Below are positions 46,344 to 55,609 of a DNA stretch of 64,000 nt, piece by piece. Every line of letters starts with the position of its first letter. Position 1 is the stretch's first letter. The position numbers and the translations under genes are program-made. The notes beneath the pieces are model-generated. The model had not been told where the DNA came from and did not search any database. It saw only the letters and a program-made list of their open reading frames with translations. This DNA comes from Vampirovibrionales bacterium (GTDB taxonomy: Bacteria; Cyanobacteriota; Vampirovibrionia; Vampirovibrionales; JAJTHC01): assembly GCA_947458095.1 (NCBI GenBank), contig CANGYO010000002.1:919-64918 (forward strand), given 5' to 3'.

Positions 46344-46706
46344 TTGTCTTCTGAATGTCCCAATCAATACGTCGAAAAAAGACCATGGGGTACTTTTTTT
46401 GTCTTGCAGGATGAAGCCCACTTTAAGCTTAAGAGAATTGTGGTTGAACCACAGCAACGTTTAAGCTTGCAAAAACACCAGTTACGAGAAGAGCATTGGC
46501 TGGTGACTAAAGGTCAGGGTGTTGTTACCATTGGTGATCAAGAACATGAGGTAAAAACGGGAGCCTACATTCATATTCCTAAAGGTGCTGTACATAGAAT
46601 TAGCAACCCTTTTGAAGAGTCCGTGGAGTTTATAGAAGTGCAATTAGGTGAGTACTTCGGTGAAGATGATATTGTTCGCCTGCAAGATGACTACCAAAGA
46701 GCCTAA
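46344..46706 (+). CDS. cupin-domain protein (type II phosphomannose-isomerase-like)
   Basis: EKRPWGTFFVL, SLQKHQLREEHW, HRISNP and IEVQLGEYFGEDDIVRLQDDY match the ManC C-terminal cupin domain. Confidence 0.8.
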   Translation: MSSECPNQYVEKRPWGTFFVLQDEAHFKLKRIVVEPQQRLSLQKHQLREEHWLVTKGQGVVTIGDQEHEVKTGAYIHIPKGAVHRISNPFEESVEFIEVQLGEYFGEDDIVRLQDDYQRA

Positions 46707-46719
46707 AATGAGATAGTTA

Positions 46720-46865
46720 TACCATTTAAACGATTGAAAAGCGTATAGGTGGATTCTAGGAGCCTAGATTTTTTTGTGAGGGCGTGTACATAGACGTACA
46801 TAACGGAACAAAAAAATCGTAGTGACAACGAAGAGACAACACGACATTTAATCGTTTAATTGGTA
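46720..46865. mobile_element. 146-bp TIR element (MITE-like), TTA target duplication
   Basis: Same orientation as 15165 and about 11 mismatches to it (manual alignment). Flanked by TTA at 46717-46719 and 46866-46868. Confidence 0.85.
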
Positions 46866-46880
46866 TTACTTGAATCCGCC

Positions 46881-47945
46881 CTACGGATTTTGCACCGCCG
46901 TGGTATTGGTGGTGAACTGTTGCGTCGGTAAGATGTAATTCTGTACTTGAGCAGCATCTGGGGTTGAAACATTCCCCAAATTACCCAAGCTAGACAAGGG
47001 CTGTTCTGCAACCGTCAAAATAGGGAAACGCAAATCCGCCTTCAATCGCCACACCACATTAGAATGACCGTTTCGCACGGTATTCAGCGTCACCGTCACC
47101 CAACTTAATTCGGGACGGTTTACCTCTTTTTCAAGCTTGGTAATCGTGCCAGCCAAACTGGAATCTTCCACAATGACATCCTTATTCGTAGGATATAACG
47201 GCACGTTTAAGCGAAAAAACAAGGTCTGCCCTAAGCGTAAACGAGGTCCTAGTATGGCTTCTTGTGGCGAAATCACCAAGTTAAACCCTGCCCCTAAACT
47301 CGGGATCAATCGCCATGAAACACCTGTAAAGCCTCGCTTGGCATCGATCGTGAGCATCTCTTGGGCTTGGGGTAAAAACGCCAATCGCTCGTTGAGCCAA
47401 CGATCCGTGACCGTGGTCTTCGGCGTCAACGGCAAGTCTCGAAACACATCAAAGACGTAATGTTCATATAAAATCGCCAAGTCCTTTTGCGTGGCTTCAG
47501 GCAAGGCGTTAAAGCTACTGTCTTCAGAAAGTAAAGCGAGATTATACGCATCCTTGAGCGGTTCTTTGGTGAATAGCAAGCCTTTCAATGCCAACCACGC
47601 ATCGAGCTGGCTCATCGGAGCTTGGGGCAACAATCGCCAAGACGGCTTAGGCGTCAAAACGTGAAACTGCCACGCCGTTTCGAGCAAGGGGTATTGCGTG
47701 TCGGTGGTGGGGACGTCTCGAAAGGGGGAAAGGTCGGTGAGCGTCCAAGACGGCGGGATTTGAAAGTGCGTCAAAAGGGTTTTGGCGACATCGTAGCGAG
47801 TCAACTCTGTTTCGACAGGGACGCTGGCTTCAGGGACTTCGGCTTGAACCGCCTCTTTCGTCAGCACCGCCTTTTCAGCGTGAGCCATCCCTGTGCTAAG
47901 TAGAAGCAGTCCTAAACAAACAATACGTTGATGCCAAATAAACAT
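46881..47945 (-). CDS. hypothetical secreted protein
   Basis: Signal peptide IVCLGLLLLSTGMAHA. ATG at 47945 lies just downstream of the hisS stop; the ORF-track GTG at 47966 overlaps hisS. Confidence 0.6.
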   Translation of the reverse strand: MFIWHQRIVCLGLLLLSTGMAHAEKAVLTKEAVQAEVPEASVPVETELTRYDVAKTLLTHFQIPPSWTLTDLSPFRDVPTTDTQYPLLETAWQFHVLTPKPSWRLLPQAPMSQLDAWLALKGLLFTKEPLKDAYNLALLSEDSSFNALPEATQKDLAILYEHYVFDVFRDLPLTPKTTVTDRWLNERLAFLPQAQEMLTIDAKRGFTGVSWRLIPSLGAGFNLVISPQEAILGPRLRLGQTLFFRLNVPLYPTNKDVIVEDSSLAGTITKLEKEVNRPELSWVTVTLNTVRNGHSNVVWRLKADLRFPILTVAEQPLSSLGNLGNVSTPDAAQVQNYILPTQQFTTNTTAVQNP

Positions 47946-47955
47946 CGATGTAGTC

Positions 47956-49209
47956 CTACTTTCCACTGATCAGTGTATTAGGGAAGCTAAAGTTCAGGGT
48001 AGACGATTCGCCTGTTTCAAAGTTTTTAAAAGGAATCACGCCACTTTCCAGTTCTTGCGAGCCGATCGTGTAGACATGGCGAGCCGATCGTTTACCAGCC
48101 GCTTGCAATTGCTTGCCAAAATTACGACCGCTTAAATCGACTTCGACTTTCAAACCTTGTTCACGCAAATGTTCCGCAAAAGCGAAGGCTTCGGCATGGC
48201 AATCGGTGACGATGAAGACATCTAAACTAGGGGCTTCGGGGTGTTCGATGAGCTTAAACAAACGCTCAACGCCCATTGCCCAGCCGATCGCAGGGGTCGA
48301 AGCTCCACCGAGTTCTTCAATTAAGCCGTTGTAGCGACCACCTCCGCAGACGGTACCTTGCGAACCGAGCTTTTCGGTGATGAACTCAAAGACCGTGCGA
48401 GAGTAATAGTCCAAACCACGCACCATACGGCGGTTGACGGTAAACGGCACGCCATTGACGCTTAACATATGGCATAATTGCTCGAATGCCTCGCTGGCTT
48501 CGGGCGACCATGCAAAGTTTTGGAGAAAATTTTCCACGGCTTCGCTGGTGTAAATGGTTTGACAGGTGGGGACTTTACAGTCCAACATGCGAATGGGGTT
48601 TTGTTCAAAGCGACGCTGACAATCGGAACAAAGCGTTTCAAAGTGAGGCTTCAACAAGGCTTGCAAACTCTCACGAAAACGAGGGCGATCATCAGGATCC
48701 CCCACGGTATTGAGTTCCAAACGTAAATCCGAAATGCCCAACGCCTTCAAAACTTGCCACGCCAACAAGATGCTTTCGGCATCGGCAGCGGGGGTATCTA
48801 GCCCAATGAGTTCCGCTCCGATTTGGTGAAACTGCCGTTGACGTCCTTCTTGGGGACGCTCATAACGAAACATCGCCCCGATATAATACAATCGTTGCGG
48901 TAAACCGTGCTGGCTTAACTTATTTTCCACAAAAGCACGCACCACGCCCGCCGTCCCTTCAGGACGCAAGGTCAAGCTTCGGTCACTTTTTTCAAAACTG
49001 TACATTTCTTTATTGACAATATCCGTCGATTCGCCCACCCCACGAGCAAAAAGCGACGTGGATTCAAAAATCGGCGTATGAATCGCCTTATAATTCGCCA
49101 ATTCTAGCGTGTGAATGGCGACATCCTGCAGGTGCTTCCACGCATGAGACAGCTCAGGCGTAATATCTTGCGTGCCTTTGGGGCGTTGTATTTTTTGAGA
49201 CATCATCAT
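47956..49209 (-). CDS. hisS: histidine--tRNA ligase
   Basis: Class II motifs LRPEGTAGVVRAF, FRYERPQEGRQRQFHQ and GGGRYNGL. Confidence 0.95.
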   Translation of the reverse strand: MMMSQKIQRPKGTQDITPELSHAWKHLQDVAIHTLELANYKAIHTPIFESTSLFARGVGESTDIVNKEMYSFEKSDRSLTLRPEGTAGVVRAFVENKLSQHGLPQRLYYIGAMFRYERPQEGRQRQFHQIGAELIGLDTPAADAESILLAWQVLKALGISDLRLELNTVGDPDDRPRFRESLQALLKPHFETLCSDCQRRFEQNPIRMLDCKVPTCQTIYTSEAVENFLQNFAWSPEASEAFEQLCHMLSVNGVPFTVNRRMVRGLDYYSRTVFEFITEKLGSQGTVCGGGRYNGLIEELGGASTPAIGWAMGVERLFKLIEHPEAPSLDVFIVTDCHAEAFAFAEHLREQGLKVEVDLSGRNFGKQLQAAGKRSARHVYTIGSQELESGVIPFKNFETGESSTLNFSFPNTLISGK

Positions 49210-49224
49210 GTAGGTGTGACTCCT

Positions 49225-50544
49225 TTATACCGCAACCGTGGGGTTAAAAACGTTTTTTCGCATCATGGTTTGCTGGCGTTCAGGCCCGACGCTCACCATC
49301 CACACAGGGCAATGAGACACCTCTTCTAAACGCTTTAAATACGCTTTACACGCAGGAGGCAAATCGTCATATTGCGTGATTTGCGTGGTATCGCTTTGCC
49401 AGCCTTCAAGCGTTTCGTAGACAGGCTCTAAATCCGCAAGCAGGCTCAAGCTCGCAGGAAAACGATGATAGGCTTCATGCGTAAGCTTATGCTGATAATG
49501 CGTGGCGATTTTAATTTCCGCAAAGGTATCCAAGACATCCAACTTGGTGAGAGCTATACCATCTAAGCCGTTGACTTCCACCCCATAACGAGCCACGACA
49601 CCGTCAAACCAACCTGTACGGCGTTTACGCCCTGTGGTGGTACCGAACTCTTGCCCACGTTCGCCCAAGATTTCACCGACGTCGTTCTGTTGTTCCGTCG
49701 GAAACGGCCCTTCACCCACTCGAGTCAAATAGGCTTTCATCACGCCTAAGGTCGCATCGATTTTAGAAGGCCCTACGCCAGTGCCTGTACACGCCCCGCC
49801 TGCGGTTGAGTTTGAACTGGTCACATAGGGATAGGTGCCAAAGTCGACATCCAAGAGCGTCCCTTGCGCCCCTTCAAACAAAAGGCGTTTGTTTTGAGCC
49901 AAGGCGTCTTGCAATAAAGCGACGGTGTCGGTGATATAAGGGGCTAAAATGGCTTTGTAAGCCTCGCAAACGTCCAGCAGATAAGGAAGGCTAGCTTGTT
50001 CAAAAAAGACTTTTTCGCTGATAATACGTTGAATCTGCTTCCGCAAAACATCAGGAGATTCGAGTAAGTCCCCTGCTCGAATACCGATGCGTCCGACTTT
50101 GTCCATATAAGTAGGCCCAATGCCTCGCCCTGTGGTGCCGATTTTCGATTCAGGGGCGTTGGCGGTGCGTAACAATTCTTGACGCTTGTCTTGTTCAATG
50201 TGATAAGGCAAGGTCACATGACAGCGTTCGGATATTTTAAGATTATGCGTGGAATAGCCCTTGGCATGGATGTCTTCGAGTTCTTTTTTCAGCACTTCAG
50301 GGGCAATCACCACGCCAGAACCGATAATGCACCATTTTTCAGGGTACAACAAGCCCGAAGGCAGGTGATGAAACTTGAAGGTTTCGCCGTTAAACTTCAC
50401 CGTATGCCCAGCGTTGCATCCGCCTTGGCTACGAATGACGACATCGGCTTGTTCTGCTAACATATCCACAACCTTTGCCTTGCCTTCGTCCCCCCATTGG
50501 GCACCCACGACAATCACATTATGCAAATCTTCTTTTTGAATCAT
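49225..50544 (-). CDS. purA: adenylosuccinate synthase
   Basis: GAQWGDEGKAKVVD, GTTGRGIGPTY and TTGRKRRTGW. ATG at 50544 follows AAGGAAG. Confidence 0.97.
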   Translation of the reverse strand: MIQKEDLHNVIVVGAQWGDEGKAKVVDMLAEQADVVIRSQGGCNAGHTVKFNGETFKFHHLPSGLLYPEKWCIIGSGVVIAPEVLKKELEDIHAKGYSTHNLKISERCHVTLPYHIEQDKRQELLRTANAPESKIGTTGRGIGPTYMDKVGRIGIRAGDLLESPDVLRKQIQRIISEKVFFEQASLPYLLDVCEAYKAILAPYITDTVALLQDALAQNKRLLFEGAQGTLLDVDFGTYPYVTSSNSTAGGACTGTGVGPSKIDATLGVMKAYLTRVGEGPFPTEQQNDVGEILGERGQEFGTTTGRKRRTGWFDGVVARYGVEVNGLDGIALTKLDVLDTFAEIKIATHYQHKLTHEAYHRFPASLSLLADLEPVYETLEGWQSDTTQITQYDDLPPACKAYLKRLEEVSHCPVWMVSVGPERQQTMMRKNVFNPTVAV

Positions 50545-50725
50545 CCTAAACTTCCTTTTCGGTATAAGCAATAGCCGTTTATTATTATCACACAAAGTCT
50601 TTAAATAGAAAGTCTTTCTTCTTAAGCCGTCTCAAACAAATGGCGTAGAAAGCCTTCCCCCTTTAAGCAAAACATGCTATAATAATACATGGTATTAGTT
50701 AAAAATAGTGGAGGAAAAATTGATT

Positions 50726-51211
50726 ATGTTAAATGCTCTGTCTCGTCGTGTGTCTTCTGTGGCACTTGCTTTAGTTTTATTGGGTTCGGCTTCTGGGCAA
50801 GCGTTTGCCGATGTTGTGGGTTATGTCAATTATGACCAAATCCGTAACGGCTATGAAAAAGCCCAAAAATTAATTGGTGAAATCAAAGTGAAAGATGCTG
50901 GCCTTCGTAAGAATCAAGCCGATTACGTCAAACAAATTGAAGACAGTCGTGCCATCAATGCCAAAAACCCGATTGCCACCAAAAATTTGGAACAGCAATT
51001 AGAAACCAAATTGCAAGGTGAAATTAAAGCCTTTCAAGAATGGTCGAATACCAATTTAAAAGCCGTAGATGACACCGTCACCACGACCATTAAAAAAGTG
51101 GCTCAACAAAAAGGCGTTACTGTGGTCATTGATCAACAATCGATCGTCACAGGTGGAACCGACTTAACCCCTGAAATTATTCGTGTGTTAAACACCACCG
51201 CAACCCCCTAA
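50726..51211 (+). CDS. skp: OmpH/Skp-like periplasmic chaperone
   Basis: Signal peptide followed by a Lys/Gln-rich coiled segment, size about 160 aa. ATG at 50726 follows GTGGAGGA. Confidence 0.7.
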   Translation: MLNALSRRVSSVALALVLLGSASGQAFADVVGYVNYDQIRNGYEKAQKLIGEIKVKDAGLRKNQADYVKQIEDSRAINAKNPIATKNLEQQLETKLQGEIKAFQEWSNTNLKAVDDTVTTTIKKVAQQKGVTVVIDQQSIVTGGTDLTPEIIRVLNTTATP

Positions 51212-51227
51212 CCTTTCACCATATCCT

Positions 51228-51265
51228 AAAACAAAACGTGGGGAAGCTTCCCTGCGTTTTGTTTT
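51228..51265 (+). terminator. rho-independent terminator
   Basis: Perfect 11-bp stem AAAACAAAACG/CGTTTTGTTTT enclosing the palindrome GGGAAGCTTCCC. Confidence 0.7.
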
Positions 51266-51404
51266 GCGTATTTAGAGCAAAGCCTCTACCGTTTATTTTT
51301 GAAAACATCACAAAAAAGAGTAACTTGTAACAAAGGGCTTTTTTTTTCTGCTTAATTGTGGTGTAATAAAACAAATCATTACATTAAATTGGAAGGGCAT
51401 CGCC

Positions 51405-51797
51405 ATGATTAACAATACCGTCATTGTCGGACGCTTAGGTCAAGATCCTGAATTACGTTATTTTGAAGCAGGTACCTGTAAGAGTCGCTTCAGTCTTGCT
51501 GTCGATCGTCCTGGTGGTTCACGAGAAAATAAAATCACCGATTGGTTTAACATTGAAGCGTGGGGCAAACTCGCCGAATTTTCAGGCGAATACCTTAAAA
51601 AAGGGATGATGGTTTCCGTGCAAGGTAGTATAGAAGTCGACGTATGGACGGATCAAACAGGCAATACCCGTGAAAATCCTTCGATTAAGGCTTCGGCGAT
51701 TAACTTTATTGGCTCTAAACGAGACAACGAACAGTACCGTCAACAAGGTGGTGGTGGGCAGTCGTCTTACAATAATGATGCCGTCGTACCATTTTAG
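51405..51797 (+). CDS. ssb: single-stranded DNA-binding protein
   Basis: OB fold NTVIVGRLGQDPELRYF, Gly/Gln-rich linker and terminal DAVVPF. Confidence 0.9.
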   Translation: MINNTVIVGRLGQDPELRYFEAGTCKSRFSLAVDRPGGSRENKITDWFNIEAWGKLAEFSGEYLKKGMMVSVQGSIEVDVWTDQTGNTRENPSIKASAINFIGSKRDNEQYRQQGGGGQSSYNNDAVVPF

Positions 51798-51802
51798 TTG
51801 CT

Positions 51803-53035
51803 ATGCGAGTTCTAGCGGATGACCTTACGGGAGCCGCCGACTGTGCCACTGTCTTAGGCGTTCATGGTCAAGATGCTAGCCTTTGCTTAGATGTAAATAC
51901 CTTGAATGAAGCGTCTGATGCCTACAGTGTGAACTTAGGGACTCGGGCTTGTGGGCATCCTCAAGCGGTTTATGACATCACGAAAAAAGCCTTGCTTGCC
52001 TTATCCCCTCCCCTTAAAGGGGAGGGACCAACCCCCTACTTCAAAGTAGATTCGACGTGGCGAAGCGATTCGGTTGCCATGGCGTTGGCGGGTATGGATA
52101 CCTTAAAGCCTCCCTTTGTTCTGCTATGCCCTGCCTTTCCTCAAGAAGGACGGACCATTGCGGGGGGGGTGGCTTACTTGCATGGCGTGCCGTTGCATCA
52201 AACACCCCTTAAAAACGATCCGCAACACCCTATTTTAACGGCGGATGTGCAGGTTTTACTTGAAACGCAAGCCCGTGCGTTGAATCGAAATATTCGTATT
52301 TTAAAAGGCAAACAGATTAGCATCACAGATATTGAAGATGCCTTAAAAATAGTTCCACAAACACCGTTGTTCGTCGTGCCTGATGTGCAAAGCCTTTCGG
52401 ATTTGTCGCATTTAGCGGAATGGGTGGCATCGTTTGAGACGCCTCCTTTGTGTATGGGTTCCGCAGGCTTATTGGATGCGTTATTGTGCCTGTCCCCTCT
52501 CCTCGAAGAGAGAAAAAGTTTTAACTTTTTCGACTCTGTTAGGGAGAGGGGGGAATTTCAAGAACCCAGCGTTAGCTCTATTCCCTACAACGATCCTCTC
52601 CCAAAGGAAAAAAAGAGAGAAAGTATCCAAGTCATTAGCGGAAGTGTGAATCCCACCACGACTCAACAACTCAACATGTTCCAAACACATCATCCTGAAA
52701 TTAGAATGCTCAACACCGCAAGCTGGGGAACTGTCACGGATTGGCACGAACGCCTTAAAGAGGCTGTGGCGCCTTTGCTTGAAGCGTCGAACACGGTAAC
52801 AATTTTATGTGGAGGAGACACCGCTCAAGCGGTTTTAGAACAAGCAGGTGTGAATCAACTTAAATGGGTAAAGCCCTTAAGTCGTACTTGTTCCCTATGG
52901 CAGGCGGTGGAAGATGATAAAGCTTCTCGTTATTGGGTGCTGAAATCGGGTAATATGGGAGAAGCCGACTTACTTGTTCAACTTGTGAAAGAACTTTATC
53001 ATGCCTTTCCGCTACCGTCTGCAAAACATTTATAA
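51803..53035 (+). CDS. four-carbon acid sugar kinase family (DUF1537) protein
   Basis: N-terminal VLADDLTGAADCA signature. The C-terminal nucleotide-binding half ends in WVLKSGNMGE. Confidence 0.7.
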   Translation: MRVLADDLTGAADCATVLGVHGQDASLCLDVNTLNEASDAYSVNLGTRACGHPQAVYDITKKALLALSPPLKGEGPTPYFKVDSTWRSDSVAMALAGMDTLKPPFVLLCPAFPQEGRTIAGGVAYLHGVPLHQTPLKNDPQHPILTADVQVLLETQARALNRNIRILKGKQISITDIEDALKIVPQTPLFVVPDVQSLSDLSHLAEWVASFETPPLCMGSAGLLDALLCLSPLLEERKSFNFFDSVRERGEFQEPSVSSIPYNDPLPKEKKRESIQVISGSVNPTTTQQLNMFQTHHPEIRMLNTASWGTVTDWHERLKEAVAPLLEASNTVTILCGGDTAQAVLEQAGVNQLKWVKPLSRTCSLWQAVEDDKASRYWVLKSGNMGEADLLVQLVKELYHAFPLPSAKHL

Positions 53036-53468
53036 CATGCGTGAACGTAAGAAAAAAGAACAAGAACAAGTCGTGAACGAGGCTCAAAATGCGGTGCGAA
53101 AGGTGCAAGTTCGCTTGGATGCGAAAGTCGCTGAACGAGAAGATGTCAGGCATCAACGAAAAACCGTGAATCCGATGATGCTCGACAACATTGATAAATT
53201 ACTGGTACGTTATGCGGAACAAATTGCGGAAATCAAGGTAGAACTAGACGAAGCCAACCGACTGCTTAAAGAAGAAGAAGACAAATTAGCGATTTGTCGG
53301 CAGGAACTCGAAGCCCTTGAAAAGCATCGAGAAAAGGCGAAAGAAGAGTGGCTGGAAGAAGAAAAGATCGCAGAAATGAAGATGCTGGATGAAGTGGCAA
53401 GCCAACGCTATTTCAGACAAATGGTGGAGTCTGTTCAAGAAGCCATTGAATTGGGCGAAGACGACTAA
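53001..53468 (+). CDS. fliJ: flagellar export chaperone FliJ-like coiled-coil protein
   Basis: 155-aa charged coiled coil with a FliJ-type opening (FRYRLQNIYNMRERKKKEQEQ). Sits directly upstream of fliK-like and rod/hook genes. Confidence 0.6.
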   Translation: MPFRYRLQNIYNMRERKKKEQEQVVNEAQNAVRKVQVRLDAKVAEREDVRHQRKTVNPMMLDNIDKLLVRYAEQIAEIKVELDEANRLLKEEEDKLAICRQELEALEKHREKAKEEWLEEEKIAEMKMLDEVASQRYFRQMVESVQEAIELGEDD

Positions 53469-53613
53469 TACCAATTCAAGGATTAAATAGCGTCTGGCGT
53501 CTTCGTTGTCGCTCGGGTTCTCGATGTGCTTATGTACGTCTCTGTACAATCACACATCTGCGAGTCCAGGCTCCTAGAATCCACCTAGTCGCTATTCAAT
53601 CTTTGAAATGGTA
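53469..53613. mobile_element. TIR element (MITE-like), TAA target duplication
   Basis: TIRs TACCAATTCAAGGATT / AATCTTTGAAATGGTA. Flanked by TAA at 53466-53468 (the fliJ stop codon) and 53614-53616. Confidence 0.85.
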
Positions 53614-53686
53614 TAAGTCTACGATGTTGTTCTTTCTGATTTTCGGAAAGCGTTTTAACAGATGTATTGAGTCAAGGACCATTTTT

Positions 53687-54673
53687 ATGAACTTTAACTT
53701 AACCAATTTAGCATTGCTTTCTTCGATTCCACAAGGGAAGTCGTCTTGGTCATTTCGTCAACAAGGGGGAGACTCTTTTGTGAACTTAATGATGCTTCAA
53801 AACCTTAGTTCGTTTTTGGAAGATTATGACACGTGGCAGATCGCAACAGAAGCTCAAGGCGAAGCCCTAACTAAAACGGAACAAGCTACGGAAACTCAAA
53901 AAACGGTTCAAACGAAGAAAAAATCCAACACAAAAGTCTCAAAAGACAAAACGATCAAAATCACATCAAACTCTGAAAATAAAGAACCCCTTACAACTCA
54001 AAACGAAAAAGTCACCTTTGAAAATACCATAAAAGTGGTGAAGTCCTTGCAAAACATTCAAGAACCTAAATCGCTTGAAGGATTGGAAACCCCTCGTTTG
54101 ACTCCCCCCGTAGATCTCGACTTTTTGACCCCTCAACAACAGATGTGGGTACAACAATGGGTACAGCAATTCCCTCAACACGTGGCTCACGAAGTCCAAA
54201 AATCCACTGGACTTGAAGACGGCCGATCCCTTTCTGGCGCATCTCAAAAACCGTTTGCGGAAGAAGCCCTCAATGAGACAGGCAAAGGCAAGGATCCCAC
54301 TGCCACTGAACGTATGGAGTTCTTGAAGTTTTTGCAAGCACAAATGGAAGAAGCTCATAAAAAAGGAAAGCCCTTTCGTGTCGATGTCGATGGTGAAACC
54401 AGTGTCGTGTTAAGTCTTAAAAAAGACGGCGTGAGTGCCACCTTTTTAGTCAAGGAAGTGAATCCTGACAAAATCAAGCAGGTGCATCAACAACTCAAGA
54501 TCTTGCAAGAATCTTTACAAGCACGGCACTTACCTGTTACAGAACTTCGTGTTGAAAGCGAACCTGTTCAAGTCAAACCGCAGAAGGTCTTAGAAACCAT
54601 TCAGCATTACCAAGACTTGGCAGAACAAAGAAAATCGAAAGATAAACCTAAGAAACAAAAGTCGTCTCGGTAA
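53687..54673 (+). CDS. fliK: flagellar hook-length control protein FliK-like
   Basis: C-terminal segment FRVDVDGETSVVLSLKKDGVSATFLVKE...LQESLQARHLPVTELRVE resembles the Flg_hook domain. ATG at 53687; the ORF-track start lies inside the TIR element. Confidence 0.55.
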   Translation: MNFNLTNLALLSSIPQGKSSWSFRQQGGDSFVNLMMLQNLSSFLEDYDTWQIATEAQGEALTKTEQATETQKTVQTKKKSNTKVSKDKTIKITSNSENKEPLTTQNEKVTFENTIKVVKSLQNIQEPKSLEGLETPRLTPPVDLDFLTPQQQMWVQQWVQQFPQHVAHEVQKSTGLEDGRSLSGASQKPFAEEALNETGKGKDPTATERMEFLKFLQAQMEEAHKKGKPFRVDVDGETSVVLSLKKDGVSATFLVKEVNPDKIKQVHQQLKILQESLQARHLPVTELRVESEPVQVKPQKVLETIQHYQDLAEQRKSKDKPKKQKSSR

Positions 54674-54759
54674 AGAACGATCTTTTATAAGGACGTTGTA
54701 GCCGTCCAAAACACCAAACACTCACAAAATCACACCCAATTAAAAAGGAAGCCCCCACG

Positions 54760-55602
54760 ATGTTTGATCCTTATATTATGGCGGTCAATAATAACCGAGC
54801 CGCTCGTGCGTGGATGGAAGCGACGTCGACCAATTTAGGTAACATTTATACCCCTGGATTTCGTCAGGAAAACGTGCGTTTTGAAGACTTTATTTATGGC
54901 GTGCGTACGGATGAAGTGAGCTATCGTAATGAACAGGGCAAGTCACATCCTGGTAAAGGCCCGACAAACCTGATGATTGAAGGCAGTGGATGGTTCAGCG
55001 TTCGCAATAAAGAAGGCGAAATACGCTACACCCGAACTGGCGATTTTAAGTTTAACGGCGAAGGCGTGTTGGTGAATGAAGCGGGCAATACGGTGCAAGG
55101 CTTTTTATTAGATGAAAGCGGAAAACCTCTGAACACCGTGGATTCCACCAACGGTAAGGCGGATGTTGCCTTAAACCCCAACCAAGCCAGAGGTGGTACG
55201 GGGCATATTCCCACCACCGAAATTGCGATGTGGGTGGATCCGACCAATGGCAAGTTTTTTGGGAAATACGACGAGTATAAAATCCGCAGCGATGGCACCG
55301 TCGTAGGCATGGCGAAAGAAGGTAAGGAAACGGTACCGTTGTACAAAATTGCTTTGAGCAATTTCCCCAACCCTTCGGGCTTGAGCCAAGTGGGCATGTT
55401 GGAGTTTTTACCTTCTGAAATGAGTGGGGAACCCATTGAAGGCACAGGTGAAATCCGTAGTGGTTTGGTGGAATTGTCGAATGTGTCGTTGAAAGATCAA
55501 GTCGACAACTTGCAACAAGCCAAGAACTTAATGAGCATCAGCACGAAGATGATTCAACAAAATAAAGCCTTATTAGAAGAAGCCTTGGGTTTACTAAGGT
55601 AA
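54760..55602 (+). CDS. flagellar hook-basal body protein (FlgE/FlgF/FlgG family)
   Basis: N-terminal rod motif (TSTNLGNIYTPGFR) and C-terminal LVELSNVSLKDQVDNLQQAKNLMSISTKMIQ. Confidence 0.8.
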   Translation: MFDPYIMAVNNNRAARAWMEATSTNLGNIYTPGFRQENVRFEDFIYGVRTDEVSYRNEQGKSHPGKGPTNLMIEGSGWFSVRNKEGEIRYTRTGDFKFNGEGVLVNEAGNTVQGFLLDESGKPLNTVDSTNGKADVALNPNQARGGTGHIPTTEIAMWVDPTNGKFFGKYDEYKIRSDGTVVGMAKEGKETVPLYKIALSNFPNPSGLSQVGMLEFLPSEMSGEPIEGTGEIRSGLVELSNVSLKDQVDNLQQAKNLMSISTKMIQQNKALLEEALGLLR

Positions 55603-55609
55603 GCCTTTT

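Noticed and set aside
53603-53686. Upstream TTG start of the fliK-like ORF
   Set aside because: The extension begins inside the TIR element and encodes a hydrophobic junk-like peptide. ATG 53687 was preferred.
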